NCBI GenBank assembly: GCA_031430375.1
Contig: JANPBJ010000149.1
Location: 16,776 to 80,775, forward strand
Source: Acidimicrobiia bacterium
Lineage (GTDB): Bacteria; Actinomycetota; Acidimicrobiia; IMCC26256; JAENVU01
Direction of reading: 5' to 3'
DNA length: 64,000 bases
In this document: one piece after another, positions 35,484 through 45,535 of the stretch
How positions within the stretch are numbered: the stretch's first letter is position 1
How the letters are laid out: each line of letters begins with the position of its first letter
The notes under the pieces: model-generated
Told to the model about the DNA's origin: nothing
Seen by the model: only the letters and a program-made list of their open reading frames with translations
The model's database searches: none
Program-made: the position numbers and the translations under genes

Positions 35484-35546
35484 CCGCGGCGCACCCGAAG
35501 TCCGACGCCGTTCGCCGGCAGCCGCCGGGGCGCGTACGGTCACGTC

Positions 35547-36329
35547 ATGACCGACCTCACCCGACGCCTCGACGGCATGCGGATCCTGGTGGTCGGTGCC
35601 GGGACACAAGCCACCGGTGATCCCGATGCACCGATCGGTAATGGCCGGGCCATCGCGGTGCGGGCAGCGCAGGAGGGCGCGACCGTTATCTGCGCCGACC
35701 GCGATCGGGAGCTGGCGGAGCAGACCGCACGGCTCGTGACGGAAGCGGGCGGTCAGAGCTCGGTCGTCGTTGGTGATGTGTCGTCTCCCGAAGGCTGCGC
35801 CAAGATTGTGGACGGCGCGTTCGATGCGACCGCACCACTCGATGGCCTCGTCCTGAACGTAGGAATCGGCAGGGGCGCCGGCCTACGCGGCACCACCGTC
35901 GAAGATTGGGATCTCACCCTCGACGTGAATCTCCGGGCTCACTTCTTGATCTCGCAGCTCATCATCGACCGTATCAACGAGGGCGGGGCGATCGTGTACA
36001 TCAGCTCCGTCGCCGGATTGAAGCCTGGTAGCCGACTGCCGGCGTACGACGCGTCGAAGGCGGGGCTCATCGGGTTGTGTCGCAACGTGGCGCTGGAAGG
36101 CGCCCGCCGGCGGATCCGAGCCAACGTGGTCGCGCCCGGCCTCATCGACACCCCGCTCGGCCGATGGGCCTCGGGCGGTCGGCCGTCACGCGAGCGCACT
36201 CCGGTACCACTCGGCCGCCAAGGCACCGCGTGGGAAGTCGCGGCAACCGTGGCGTTCTTGTTGTCGTCCGACGCGAGTTACATCACCGGCCAGACCATCG
36301 CGGTCGACGGCGGGCTCACGCTCATCTGA
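35547..36329 (+). CDS. SDR family oxidoreductase
   Basis: 260 aa with YDASKAG and a C-terminal ITGQTIAVDGG. The cofactor loop is atypical: VVGAGTQATGDPDAPIGNGRAIA. Confidence 0.8.
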   Translation: MTDLTRRLDGMRILVVGAGTQATGDPDAPIGNGRAIAVRAAQEGATVICADRDRELAEQTARLVTEAGGQSSVVVGDVSSPEGCAKIVDGAFDATAPLDGLVLNVGIGRGAGLRGTTVEDWDLTLDVNLRAHFLISQLIIDRINEGGAIVYISSVAGLKPGSRLPAYDASKAGLIGLCRNVALEGARRRIRANVVAPGLIDTPLGRWASGGRPSRERTPVPLGRQGTAWEVAATVAFLLSSDASYITGQTIAVDGGLTLI

Positions 36330-36347
36330 GGAGATAAGGTCGCACCA

Positions 36348-36445
36348 GTAACGCGGGAGTCCGGTGCGCCGGGCTGAGAGGCGGGCACGCAGCCCTCGAC
36401 CGTCACCACCTGATCCGGATCATGCCGGCGCAGGGAGTCTTCGCA
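36348..36445 (+). promoter_or_regulatory. TPP (THI-box) riboswitch
   Basis: GGGAGUCCGGUGCGCCGGGCUGAGAGG ... ACCUGAUCCGGAUCAUGCCGGCGCAGGGAG matches the conserved CUGAGA and ACCUGAUCnGGnUnAUnCCnGCGnAGGGA cores. It lies immediately upstream of the thiamine genes. Confidence 0.85.
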
Positions 36446-36489
36446 GCCTTCCGTACGCGTCGGTGAGTCCACTGACCCTGAGGACGAGC

Positions 36490-37128
36490 ATGCACGCCAT
36501 CGTGGCTGCGGGCGGTGATCCCCTCGACGAGATGTGGCACGCCGCGCTGCCAGCCGATTCACTCATCATCGCGGCGGACTCAGGGCTCGCGCACGTGTAC
36601 GCACTCGGACTGACGCCGAACGTGGTCGTCGGCGACTTCGATTCCGTGGATTCGAAGCAGCTCGATCGTGCCAACCGAGCGGGCGCCAGAATCGAGCGTC
36701 ATCCCACCGACAAAGACGCGACCGACCTGGAACTCGCACTGCTCGTGGCACGCGAGAGCGGCGCCACGGATGTCACGGTGATCGGTGGAGGCGGCGGCCG
36801 CCTCGACCACGCGCTGGCCAACGTCGCGCTCCTCGCCGACCCGACGTGGGCGGGCATGCGCATCGAGGCCTTCCTCGGAACGGCGCGCCTGACGGTCGTG
36901 CGAGACCACGCGGCGATCGAGGGAACCATCAACAGCCTGGTGACCCTCCTCGCGGTGGGCGGGGTGGCCGGAGGGATCACCACCATCGGGCTCCGCTGGG
37001 CGCTGACCGGCGACGACCTCGCGCCCACCGCGTCCCGGGGCGTGAGCAACGAAATCGTCCGAAGCCCCGCGTCCGTCACCGTAGGTACTGGAACGTTGCT
37101 CGTGATCCAACCCACCGGAGGCCGCTAG
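36490..37128 (+). CDS. thiamine pyrophosphokinase
   Basis: 3' part of track ORF 36364..37128, ATG 36490. Motifs ADSGLAHV, VVGDFDS, HPTDKDATDLELAL, GGGGGRLDH. Confidence 0.8.
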   Translation: MHAIVAAGGDPLDEMWHAALPADSLIIAADSGLAHVYALGLTPNVVVGDFDSVDSKQLDRANRAGARIERHPTDKDATDLELALLVARESGATDVTVIGGGGGRLDHALANVALLADPTWAGMRIEAFLGTARLTVVRDHAAIEGTINSLVTLLAVGGVAGGITTIGLRWALTGDDLAPTASRGVSNEIVRSPASVTVGTGTLLVIQPTGGR

Positions 37129-38187
37129 ATGCACGCCCGAAGCTTGAGCCTCATCACCGCAGTCGCGCTCCTCACCGTTGGCGCGTGCGGCTCCGAGATC
37201 GGGGCCACGGGCGGCCGCGGGTCCAAGACCGTCACCCTCGTCGCCCACGACTCCTTCGCGGTATCGAAGTCGGTCTTCCAGGCGTTCACCCGCCAGACCG
37301 GATGGAAGGTGCGCGTCCTCAAGAACGGCGACGCGGGCGCGGCGCTCAACCAGGCGATCCTCACGAAGGACGCGCCGCTCGGTGATGCGTTCTTCGGTGT
37401 CGACAACACGTTCCTCACACGCGCCCTCGATGCTCACGTCTTCACTCCGTACCGGGCGCGCGAACTCGACCGTGTGCCGCGCCGCCTGCGACTCGACCCC
37501 ACCAGTCACGTCACCCCGATCGACTTCGGTGACGTGTGCGTCAATGCCGATCGGAAGTGGTTCGCGACCCACAACATCGCGATCCCGCGCACCCTCGATG
37601 ACCTCACCGCGCCGGAGTACAAGGACCTCCTCGTGGTGGAGAATCCCGCGACTTCATCGCCCGGTCTCGCATTCGTCGCCGCGACTGTGGCGCAGTTCGG
37701 CGACGGCTGGCTGGACTATTGGGACCGCCTGCGGGCCAATGGTGTGAAGGCCGTCGACGGGTGGGAGCAGGCGTACACTGGTGAGTTCTCCGGCGCGGCC
37801 GGCAGTACCGGTGACCGTCCTCTCGTCGTGAGCTACGCGTCCAGTCCGCCCGCCGAGGTCTTCTTTGCGGATCCGCCAACCGCCGATGCACCGACGGTGT
37901 CCCTTGACCGCACCTGCTTCCGCCAGGTCGAGTTCGCCGGCGTGCTGCGCGGCGCAACCCACCCGGACGGAGCCCGCCGGCTGATCGACTTCATGCTCAG
38001 CCAACGCTTCCAGCGCGACCTGCCCCTCACGATGTTCGTGAACCCGGCCGTCGCGGGCACTCCGCTCCCGCCGGCGTTCACCAAGTTCGGCACGGTTCCG
38101 GCGGATCCGTTCACCATCCCCGCCAACCAGATCGGTCGCGACCGCGAAGCGTGGATCAAACAGTGGACCGCGCACATCCTCCGATGA
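37129..38187 (+). CDS. thiB: thiamine ABC transporter substrate-binding lipoprotein
   Basis: 352 aa with lipobox LTVGAC and a family-1 SBP body. Assignment rests on the TPP riboswitch and TPK context. Confidence 0.7.
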   Translation: MHARSLSLITAVALLTVGACGSEIGATGGRGSKTVTLVAHDSFAVSKSVFQAFTRQTGWKVRVLKNGDAGAALNQAILTKDAPLGDAFFGVDNTFLTRALDAHVFTPYRARELDRVPRRLRLDPTSHVTPIDFGDVCVNADRKWFATHNIAIPRTLDDLTAPEYKDLLVVENPATSSPGLAFVAATVAQFGDGWLDYWDRLRANGVKAVDGWEQAYTGEFSGAAGSTGDRPLVVSYASSPPAEVFFADPPTADAPTVSLDRTCFRQVEFAGVLRGATHPDGARRLIDFMLSQRFQRDLPLTMFVNPAVAGTPLPPAFTKFGTVPADPFTIPANQIGRDREAWIKQWTAHILR

Positions 38188-39788
38188 TCGTCGCACCGCG
38201 CATCTACCGGCGGGTCGGTCGCGCGCTGTTGGTGGGCGCGCCGCTGGTGTTTCTCGGCGTGTTCTTCCTCTGGCCGGTCGGCGCGATCCTGGGTCGTGGT
38301 CTCAGCGCGCATGGCACCATCGACCTCTCCCCGATCACCGAGGTGCTCAGAGATCCCAGCTTGCGCGGGGTCGTGCTCTTCACCATCTGGCAAGCCGCGC
38401 TGTCCACCCTGGTGACGCTGGCCATCGCCCTCCCGGCCACCGCGGCGCTGAGCCGGTTCCGATTCCGTGGTCGAGGCCTCATCGTGGCAGCCCTGACGAT
38501 GCCATTCGTCCTGCCGACCGTGGTAGTCGCCACGGCATTTCGCGGGCTCGGAATCCAAGGGTCACTGCTCGCGATCGTTGTGGCTCACGCATTCTTCAAC
38601 GTCGCGATCGTGGTGCGGGTGGTTGGGGCATCGTGGGTCAGCCTCGATCGGCGGGAAGCAGACGCTGCCCGCACCCTCGGGGCCGGACCCGTCCGGACGT
38701 TGACGTGGATCACGCTCCCCGCGCTCCGTCCCGCGATCGTGGCCGCATCTTCGATCGTCTACCTCTTCTGCTTCACGTCCTTCGGCGTGATCCTCGTGCT
38801 CGGCGGTCCCCGGTTCGCGACCCTCGAGACCGAGATCTACCGCCAGACTGCGCAACTTCTCGACCTACGGACCGCGGCGGCACTCTCGATCCTCCAACTC
38901 GTCGCGGTCGTGGCCGCGCTGCTCATTGCCGGGAGAGCCACCGGACACGCTCGCCGTCAGATCATCGGTTCGCAGTTCCGTCACCCACCCCGAGCCGGGC
39001 GCGAGCGACTCGTCGTCGCCATCGCATTGAGCCCGGCGCTAGTACTCGTGGGGATCCCGCTCCTCGACCTGGTCCGGCGATCATTCGCGCACGACGCGGC
39101 CGGCTACCGCCACCTCAGCGAAACCCCGCTCGGTGCCGCGAGTTCCAGTCTGCACGCGCTTGGAACATCACTGGAAGTCGCCACCGCGGCTACCGCGATC
39201 GCCGTGGTACTCGGCCTGGCGCTGGCCACCTCGGTCACCCGGCCCGGGCAGCGGAGCCGAAGTGCGCGTTTTGCCGAACTGTTCGTGGTCTTGCCTCTCG
39301 GAGTATCCGCGGTGACCGTGGGTTTCGGGTTTCTCATCGTGTTCGACACTCCTCCCCTCGACCTCCGCACGTCCTGGTGGATTATTCCCATCGCGCATGC
39401 GCTCGTAGCTCTTCCCTTTGTGGTTCGCGCCACCGTCCCGGCTTTGCGCGCCATCGACCCCCACCAACGCGAGGCAGCCGCGCTCCTCGGCGCCCGACCC
39501 ACACAGGTATGGCGAGAGATCGATCTGCGCGTGGTTGCTCGTGCTGCAGGAGTCGCCGCCGGGTTCGCGTTCGCTATCTCCTTGGGCGAGTTCGGCGCGA
39601 CCCTCTTCATCGTCCGCCCCGAAACCACAACCGTCCCTGTCGCGATCTTCCGGTTTCTGAGCCACCCCGGCGCGACCAACGTGGACCAGGCCATGGCCCT
39701 CGCGACCATCCTCATGGCGATCACTGGACTCATCGCCCTGGCGGGCGAACGATTTCATCGCGTGGGCCGCACGGGAAGTGTCCTCTGA
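38184..39788 (+). CDS. thiP: thiamine ABC transporter permease (duplicated two-domain permease)
   Basis: Track ORF 38151..39788, ATG 38184 overlaps the upstream stop (ATGA). About 535 aa with two tandem permease modules, the layout of ThiP/FbpB-type permeases. Confidence 0.75.
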   Translation: MIVAPRIYRRVGRALLVGAPLVFLGVFFLWPVGAILGRGLSAHGTIDLSPITEVLRDPSLRGVVLFTIWQAALSTLVTLAIALPATAALSRFRFRGRGLIVAALTMPFVLPTVVVATAFRGLGIQGSLLAIVVAHAFFNVAIVVRVVGASWVSLDRREADAARTLGAGPVRTLTWITLPALRPAIVAASSIVYLFCFTSFGVILVLGGPRFATLETEIYRQTAQLLDLRTAAALSILQLVAVVAALLIAGRATGHARRQIIGSQFRHPPRAGRERLVVAIALSPALVLVGIPLLDLVRRSFAHDAAGYRHLSETPLGAASSSLHALGTSLEVATAATAIAVVLGLALATSVTRPGQRSRSARFAELFVVLPLGVSAVTVGFGFLIVFDTPPLDLRTSWWIIPIAHALVALPFVVRATVPALRAIDPHQREAAALLGARPTQVWREIDLRVVARAAGVAAGFAFAISLGEFGATLFIVRPETTTVPVAIFRFLSHPGATNVDQAMALATILMAITGLIALAGERFHRVGRTGSVL

Positions 39789-40804
39789 TGCTCACCGTCG
39801 GGAACGTTTCGGTTCGGTACGGATCGACGATCGCAGTCGACGGGGTTGACCTCACCGTGCTCGACGGCGAGATCGTGGCAGTCCTCGGGCCGAGCGGGAG
39901 CGGGAAGACCAGTTTGCTCCGGGCGATCGCCGGCCTCGAACCGATCAGCTCAGGCACCGTGCGTTGGAACGACCTCGACGTCACCAATGTTGCGGCCCAT
40001 CGCCGTGACTTTGGTTTGATGTTCCAAGACCACGCGCTCTTCGGTCACCGGGACGTGCTCGGCAATGTGAACTTCGGGCTCCGGATGCGCAACGAGAGCC
40101 GCAATCGTCAGATCGCACGATCCGTGGAGATGCTCGCGCTCGTGGGACTCTCCGGATACGAGCACCGCAGCGTCGATCAACTCTCTGGGGGTGAGCAACA
40201 ACGCGTGGCCCTCGCCCGCGCGCTCGCACCTGCGCCGCGGCTCCTCATGCTCGATGAGCCCCTCGCGTCGGTCGACCGTGAACGCCGGCAGCAACTCGCA
40301 ACAGAACTCCACCGCATCATCCGCGCCAGCGCGACCCCCACGCTGCTCGTAACCCACGACCTCGACGAGGCATTCACCCTGGCCGACTCGGTGGTGATCT
40401 TGGACCGAGGCCACGTTGAACGCGCCGGCAACGCCCGGGACGTCTGGCGTAATCCGGGATCGATCACCGCGGCGCGCTTCCTCGGCGTGGCGAGTGAGTG
40501 GACCTTCACCATCCACGGGTCCATCGAGGGGAGCACCGTCATCACGCCATGGGGACCCATCCCGGCGCCCGACGCGACGCAACGGCAGGCGTGGGTCGGG
40601 TTCCGGCCCGTCGATCTGCGCATCGACCGCGCCGGTCCCGTCGATGGGACCGTACGCGCCACATGGTTTCGCGGCGACCACTTCGTGAGCGAGATCGACA
40701 CCGCATTCGGACCGTTGACCGCGGTGAGTCGAACATCACCCGACCTTCATTCGAAGGTCTCGATCGCCGCCGATCTCGATGCCGCGGTGGTGCTCGGCGC
40801 ATAG
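39788..40804 (+). CDS. thiQ: ABC transporter ATP-binding protein with C-terminal TOBE-like domain
   Basis: 3' part of track ORF 38633..40804, ATG 39788 (TGATG overlap). Walker A GPSGSGKT, signature LSGGEQQR, Walker B LLMLDEP. Confidence 0.75.
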   Translation: MLTVGNVSVRYGSTIAVDGVDLTVLDGEIVAVLGPSGSGKTSLLRAIAGLEPISSGTVRWNDLDVTNVAAHRRDFGLMFQDHALFGHRDVLGNVNFGLRMRNESRNRQIARSVEMLALVGLSGYEHRSVDQLSGGEQQRVALARALAPAPRLLMLDEPLASVDRERRQQLATELHRIIRASATPTLLVTHDLDEAFTLADSVVILDRGHVERAGNARDVWRNPGSITAARFLGVASEWTFTIHGSIEGSTVITPWGPIPAPDATQRQAWVGFRPVDLRIDRAGPVDGTVRATWFRGDHFVSEIDTAFGPLTAVSRTSPDLHSKVSIAADLDAAVVLGA

Positions 40805-40815
40805 TCTCGCCGGTC

Positions 40816-42504
40816 ATGGCTGCCCCTCGGTTCGATCACCTCCATACCTACGCCGAGTTGAGCGCGGCCTTGGAATCACTCGCCGCGGCCGCGCCCGAGC
40901 TCATGAGCCTCGAGCACGCGGGAACATCGCACGAAGGTCGGCCCATCTGGCTCGCGACCGTCACGAACACCGCGACCGGACCGCATCATGAGAAGCCGGC
41001 AGTGTTCGTGGAAGCGAACATCCATGCCACCGAGGTCACCGCGTCGACCGCGGCCCTCCACCTCCTCCATCACTTGACCACCCGGTACGGCACCGATGCC
41101 GCCGTGACCCGAGCTCTCGATACCCGCACGTTCTATGTGATGCCACGTGTCAATCCCGATGGGGTGGAACTCGCCCTCGCGGATGATCCGATCTATCTGC
41201 GCTCCTCCACTCGCGCGTACCCGCGGCCCGATCAACAGCCCGGGCTCGTCGAGCGCGACGCCGACGGTGACGGCCGTGTCCTCTGGATGCGGGTGCAGGA
41301 TCCCGACGGCGCGTGGATCATCCACCCCGACGAACCGCGGCTGATGATCGCTCGACCGTTCGACGACGTGACCGACGGTCCGTTCTACCGCCTGCTCCCC
41401 GAAGGTCTCGTCCACGAGTTCGATGCCGACCGAGTCCCGATCGCTCGGTCGTTGCATGGCCTCGACTTCAACCGCAACTTCCCCCAGGATTGGCTCCCGG
41501 AGGGGAGCCAACGCGGTGCAGGCGAGTTCCCAACCTCGGAGCCCGAGGTGCGCGCCGTCGTGGAGGCGGTCGGCGCGCGGCCGAACATCGGGGTCTACTT
41601 CGCCCACCACACCTTCGCCGGAGTCATCCTGCGCCCGTACGGCGGACACGCGGATGATCACTTCCCCACCGCAGACCTCGTCATGTACAAGACCATGGGT
41701 CGGCGCGCCACCGAAATTACCGGCTACGAGACCGCGTCGGTGTTCCACGAGTTCAAGTACGACCCCAAGACTTCGATCACCGGTTGCGGCGATGAGTGGG
41801 CGTACGACTACCTCGGCGTGTTCGGCTGGACCACGGAGTTCTGGAGCCCACTGCGCGCCGCGGGGATCGAGCACAAGTACATCGAGTGGTACGACGAGCA
41901 TCCGGTCGCGGATGATCTCGCCCTCCTCGCGTGGAATGACGACGTCTTGGATGGCGCGGGCTTCGTGGACTGGTACGCGTTTGAGCATCCGCAGCTCGGG
42001 CCGGTGGAGCTGGGCGGCTGGGACACGTTCCGCACCTGGAGCAATCCGCCCGCGGCGCTGATGGAGGCCGAGATCGCTCCGCACAGCACTTGGGCCGTCG
42101 CCCAAGCTCTCGCGCTCCCGGAACTCGCAATCCACGATGTCCACACCACCCTGCTGGCCGACGGCGCGTACCTCGTACGAGCGGTCGTGAAGAACATCGG
42201 TTGGCTGCCAACCAACGTGACGAAAAAGGCGATCGAACGCAAGGCGGTCCGGCCGGTGGAGGTCACAATTTCGGTCGATGAGTCCGTTGAGCTGGTGAGC
42301 GGTCGCGCCACCATTGAACTCACCCAGCTCCCCGGCCGGGCCCGCGCTCGCACGATGATGGCGGCCCACGATGGAGTCTTTGACCCGAGCACCGACCGGG
42401 CGTTCGCGGAGTGGGTTGTGCGCGGTCCCCGTGGTGCGACCATCGAGATCACGGCATCACACAGCCGCGCCGGCGTGGCGCGCGCCACACGGGACCTCGC
42501 ATGA
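40816..42504 (+). CDS. M14-family zinc carboxypeptidase
   Basis: 3' part of track ORF 40498..42504, ATG 40816. HxxE zinc motif in VEANIHATEVTAS, RVNPDG, and a second zinc His region (FAHHTFAGVIL). Confidence 0.8.
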   Translation: MAAPRFDHLHTYAELSAALESLAAAAPELMSLEHAGTSHEGRPIWLATVTNTATGPHHEKPAVFVEANIHATEVTASTAALHLLHHLTTRYGTDAAVTRALDTRTFYVMPRVNPDGVELALADDPIYLRSSTRAYPRPDQQPGLVERDADGDGRVLWMRVQDPDGAWIIHPDEPRLMIARPFDDVTDGPFYRLLPEGLVHEFDADRVPIARSLHGLDFNRNFPQDWLPEGSQRGAGEFPTSEPEVRAVVEAVGARPNIGVYFAHHTFAGVILRPYGGHADDHFPTADLVMYKTMGRRATEITGYETASVFHEFKYDPKTSITGCGDEWAYDYLGVFGWTTEFWSPLRAAGIEHKYIEWYDEHPVADDLALLAWNDDVLDGAGFVDWYAFEHPQLGPVELGGWDTFRTWSNPPAALMEAEIAPHSTWAVAQALALPELAIHDVHTTLLADGAYLVRAVVKNIGWLPTNVTKKAIERKAVRPVEVTISVDESVELVSGRATIELTQLPGRARARTMMAAHDGVFDPSTDRAFAEWVVRGPRGATIEITASHSRAGVARATRDLA

Positions 42505-43379
42505 CCACGCCGGTGCGGGTGGGTCTCGCCGGCGCGGGTCCGTGGGCGCGCATCGTCCACGCGCCGCTCCTCGCTGCCGGCCCCGAAACCGAACTGGTTG
42601 GGGTGTGGTCCCGCACCCCGGAGCACGCGTCCGCGCTCGCCGTTGAGATGCACGTCGCGGCGTTCGCATCGTTCGATGCGATGTTGGAGCAGGTGGATGC
42701 AGTCGCGCTGGCCGTCGTCCCGGCAGCTCAGCCCGGCCTCGCGGTCCGCGCCGCCAACGCCGGCAAGGCACTCCTCCTCGAGAAGCCACTCGGAGTCGAC
42801 GTTGACGGCGCCCGGCGCATCGCCGAGGCCGTCGCCGCCAACCAGGTGGGGTCCGTGATGCTCCTCACCTACCGCTTCGCCGATGTGGTCCGCGAGTTCC
42901 TCGCCGAGGCCGCGACCATGCAGCCCACCGGTGGTCGTGCGTGCTTCATCTCCGGCGCGTTCCTGGGCGGTGCCTTCGCGGGTGGCTGGCGGCTCGAGCT
43001 TGGAGCACTCCTCGATGTTGGGCCTCACATCCTCGATCTCGTGGAGGCGGCGCTCGGTCCGGTCAGGGAGATCCAGGGTCACGGTGATCCCCGCAGCTGG
43101 GTCGGTCTGCTCCTCACCCACGAGTCCGGCGCATGCAGCGAGGTCACGTTGTCGTGCGCAAGTGCGATCGAACCGAGTCGCACGGAGATCGAGATCTACG
43201 GTCGCGATCGATCGCTGTTCGTCGACGCGCGTTCGGCCGCGCGCGCCGACTCGTTCGCGCGGATGCGCGCCGAGTTCGCGCATGTCGCACGCACGGGCGA
43301 CGCCCATCCCTGTGATGCGGCACGAGGTCTGGTGCTCCAAGAGCTCATCGCTCGTGCCCAGCAAGCGCTCCAGGTCTAA
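42501..43379 (+). CDS. Gfo/Idh/MocA family oxidoreductase
   Basis: Track ORF 42411..43379, ATG 42501 overlaps the upstream stop (ATGA). Sequence VRVGLAGAGPWARIVHAP and EKPL. Confidence 0.75.
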   Translation: MTTPVRVGLAGAGPWARIVHAPLLAAGPETELVGVWSRTPEHASALAVEMHVAAFASFDAMLEQVDAVALAVVPAAQPGLAVRAANAGKALLLEKPLGVDVDGARRIAEAVAANQVGSVMLLTYRFADVVREFLAEAATMQPTGGRACFISGAFLGGAFAGGWRLELGALLDVGPHILDLVEAALGPVREIQGHGDPRSWVGLLLTHESGACSEVTLSCASAIEPSRTEIEIYGRDRSLFVDARSAARADSFARMRAEFAHVARTGDAHPCDAARGLVLQELIARAQQALQV

Positions 43380-43389
43380 AGCCGCACCG

Positions 43390-43791
43390 ATGGCCGCCCT
43401 GATCGTCGCCGCGATCGCCGTCATCGGCCTGGTTGGCAGCGCGATCGGGGGCCGGCACCTCTACTTACGACTCGACCGACCGGGTGGATTCGAATGCTCA
43501 CTCCGCGTCACCCACGGAGACATGGTCGGGCTCGGACCAACGTTTCGAGCGGGCTACGCCGGACCGGAAGTCCACGAGCTTCTGTGGCGGCGCATCGCGT
43601 GGCCGGGCGAGGGTGTGCGGATCCCCTTCCGTTGCGTCCGCATCGATCGGGAACGCCGACTCACGCCGCGTGAACGGCTACGGATTCCCGCCTCGTTCAG
43701 CGTGCTGCCCATCGAGTTCGCCGACGGCACCATCCTCGAGCTCGCGATCGCCCGTCGGCGCATCGCGCGCCTCGTCGCACTCTTGAGCTGA
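43390..43791 (+). CDS. DUF2550-like small membrane-anchored protein
   Basis: 3' part of track ORF 42883..43791, ATG 43390. N-terminal TM MAALIVAAIAVIGLVGSAI followed by GGFECSLRV...LWRRIAWPG, which matches my recollection of DUF2550. Confidence 0.5.
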   Translation: MAALIVAAIAVIGLVGSAIGGRHLYLRLDRPGGFECSLRVTHGDMVGLGPTFRAGYAGPEVHELLWRRIAWPGEGVRIPFRCVRIDRERRLTPRERLRIPASFSVLPIEFADGTILELAIARRRIARLVALLS

Positions 43792-43820
43792 CCGACGTCC
43801 GTTCCCGCTACCCTCGCCGC

Positions 43821-45455
43821 GTGCCCAGGGATCCGCTCGATGTCGTCGTCATCGGGGGCGGCCACAACGGCCTCGTCGCCGCGGGATTACTGGCCAAACG
43901 CGGCGCCCAGGTCACGGTGCTCGAACGTCGTGACGTTGTGGGTGGCGCGGCAATCACGGAACAGCCTTGGGGTCCCGACTTCAAGATGACCGCCTTGTCG
44001 TATGTGGTCAGCCTGATGCCACCGACGATCCTGCGAGAACTCGAACTCGCGAGGCACGGCTACAGAATCCATCCCCAAGGTCCGTACTTTGCGCCCCGGC
44101 CCGACGGCCCAGCACTGCGACTCCCCAACGACCCGGCCGCCCGTCATTCCGCGATCGCGCGATTCTCGGCGCGCGACGCCGACGCGTACGAGCAATGGGA
44201 AATGTGGCTCGGCGGGCTGGCCGAGGTGCTCGCTCCGCTGCTGACCGAAACCCCGCCCCGGCTCGGGTCGCATCGCCCGTCGGATCTCGTGGCCCAGGGA
44301 AAGTTTGGCTGGCTGGCGAGGGATTGGGACCAACGTGCCATCGCCGACATCACGCGCCTCTTCACCATGAGCATCGCCGATCTCGTGGAGGAGCGATTCG
44401 AGTCCGACGCGATGCGCGGCGTGCTCTCGGTGAGCGGTGTCATCGGTACGTGGGCTGGGCCGCGATCAGCGGGCACTGCATACGTGATGGCCCACCACAA
44501 GATCGGTGAGGTCGGCGGCGGACAGCTCGGCGCGTGGGGATTCCCCGAGGGGGGCATGGGTGCCGTCACTGGAGCCCTGCGCGATGCCGCGCTCTCGTTC
44601 GGCGCGACCGTCCGCACGAACGTCGACGTCGCTCGCATTCTCGTTCGCAACGGTGAAGCGCGCGGCGTGGTCACCGCCACCGGCGAAGAGATCCGCGCCA
44701 GCTGCGTGATTGCCGCGACCCATCCCCAGATCACGTTTCTTCAGCAGCTCGACCCATCGGAACTCCCGGACCAGTTCGTGGACGACATCAAACGATGGAA
44801 GACGCGCAGCGGAACTGTGAAGGTGAACCTCGCGCTCGACCGACTTCCCGAGTTCAGCGCTGCTCCCGGGTTCGACCCTGACGTCCATGGCGGCACGATC
44901 GTGATTGCCCCCAGCCTCGATCACGTGGAGAACGCATTTCAGGACGCGGTCGCCGGGCGACCCGCAGCCGCACCGTTCGCCGACATCTGCATCCCGTCGG
45001 TCTTTGACAAAACACTGGCGCCCGATGGCAAGCACGTGATGTCGATGTTCACCCAATGGGTACCCTGCGCGTGGTCCGCAGAGCCGCGGTACGACGAACT
45101 CGACGCCTACGCCGACCGGCTGATCGCGCAAGTCGAAGCGGTCGCACCCGGGTTCACCAGTTCGATCCTGCACCGCCAGGTCATCGGCCCGTACGACATG
45201 GAACACACATACGGATTGGTCGGCGGGAACATCTTCCACGGCGAACTCTCACCGTCCCAGCTGTTCCACATGCGTCCCGCGCCGGGCTATGCCGACTACC
45301 GAACGCCGATCGCGGGCTTGTACCAAGCGTCGAGCGCAACCCACGGCGGCGGCGGCGTGACCGGTATTCCCGGGCTCAAGGTGGTGGAGCAGATCGTCAG
45401 CGACCGCTCCACCACGCGCGACCGCGTCCGCCGCGCCGTCTCCCGCCGCCCATAA
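43821..45455 (+). CDS. phytoene-desaturase-family NAD(P)/FAD-dependent oxidoreductase (CrtI/PYROXD2-like)
   Basis: 544 aa with dinucleotide motif VVVIGGGHNGLVAAGLLAKRG and C-terminal GGGVTGIPG. Confidence 0.8.
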   Translation: MPRDPLDVVVIGGGHNGLVAAGLLAKRGAQVTVLERRDVVGGAAITEQPWGPDFKMTALSYVVSLMPPTILRELELARHGYRIHPQGPYFAPRPDGPALRLPNDPAARHSAIARFSARDADAYEQWEMWLGGLAEVLAPLLTETPPRLGSHRPSDLVAQGKFGWLARDWDQRAIADITRLFTMSIADLVEERFESDAMRGVLSVSGVIGTWAGPRSAGTAYVMAHHKIGEVGGGQLGAWGFPEGGMGAVTGALRDAALSFGATVRTNVDVARILVRNGEARGVVTATGEEIRASCVIAATHPQITFLQQLDPSELPDQFVDDIKRWKTRSGTVKVNLALDRLPEFSAAPGFDPDVHGGTIVIAPSLDHVENAFQDAVAGRPAAAPFADICIPSVFDKTLAPDGKHVMSMFTQWVPCAWSAEPRYDELDAYADRLIAQVEAVAPGFTSSILHRQVIGPYDMEHTYGLVGGNIFHGELSPSQLFHMRPAPGYADYRTPIAGLYQASSATHGGGGVTGIPGLKVVEQIVSDRSTTRDRVRRAVSRRP

Positions 45456-45461
45456 CCCGCA

Positions 45462-45509
45462 GCGTTTGTCGAGCAGGTAGCGCTGAGCGCACACAATCCG
45501 ACAAGCGCC
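45462..45509. repeat. inverted pair of GCGYTTGTCG(GAT) boxes related to repeats A/B, between convergent genes
   Basis: GCGTTTGTCGAG at 45462..45473 and, on the other strand, GGCGCTTGTCGGAT at 45496..45509, with an internal GCGC-TGA-GCGC hairpin. Confidence 0.5.
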
Positions 45510-45535
45510 GGCGTGGATGGTTGTGGTCGGGGACG

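Noticed and set aside
38633-39787. 5' extensions of track ORFs where the longest-ORF rule starts far upstream: ThiQ 38633, M14 peptidase 40498, permease 15626, LLM 1187, Leu dehydrogenase 48862, CoA-transferase B 25788, deacetylase 61336, NCS lipoprotein 18894.
   Set aside because: The extensions overlap the preceding gene in another frame and have artefactual composition. Internal starts that give family-typical N-termini, SD sequences or ATGA/GTGA coupling were chosen instead.
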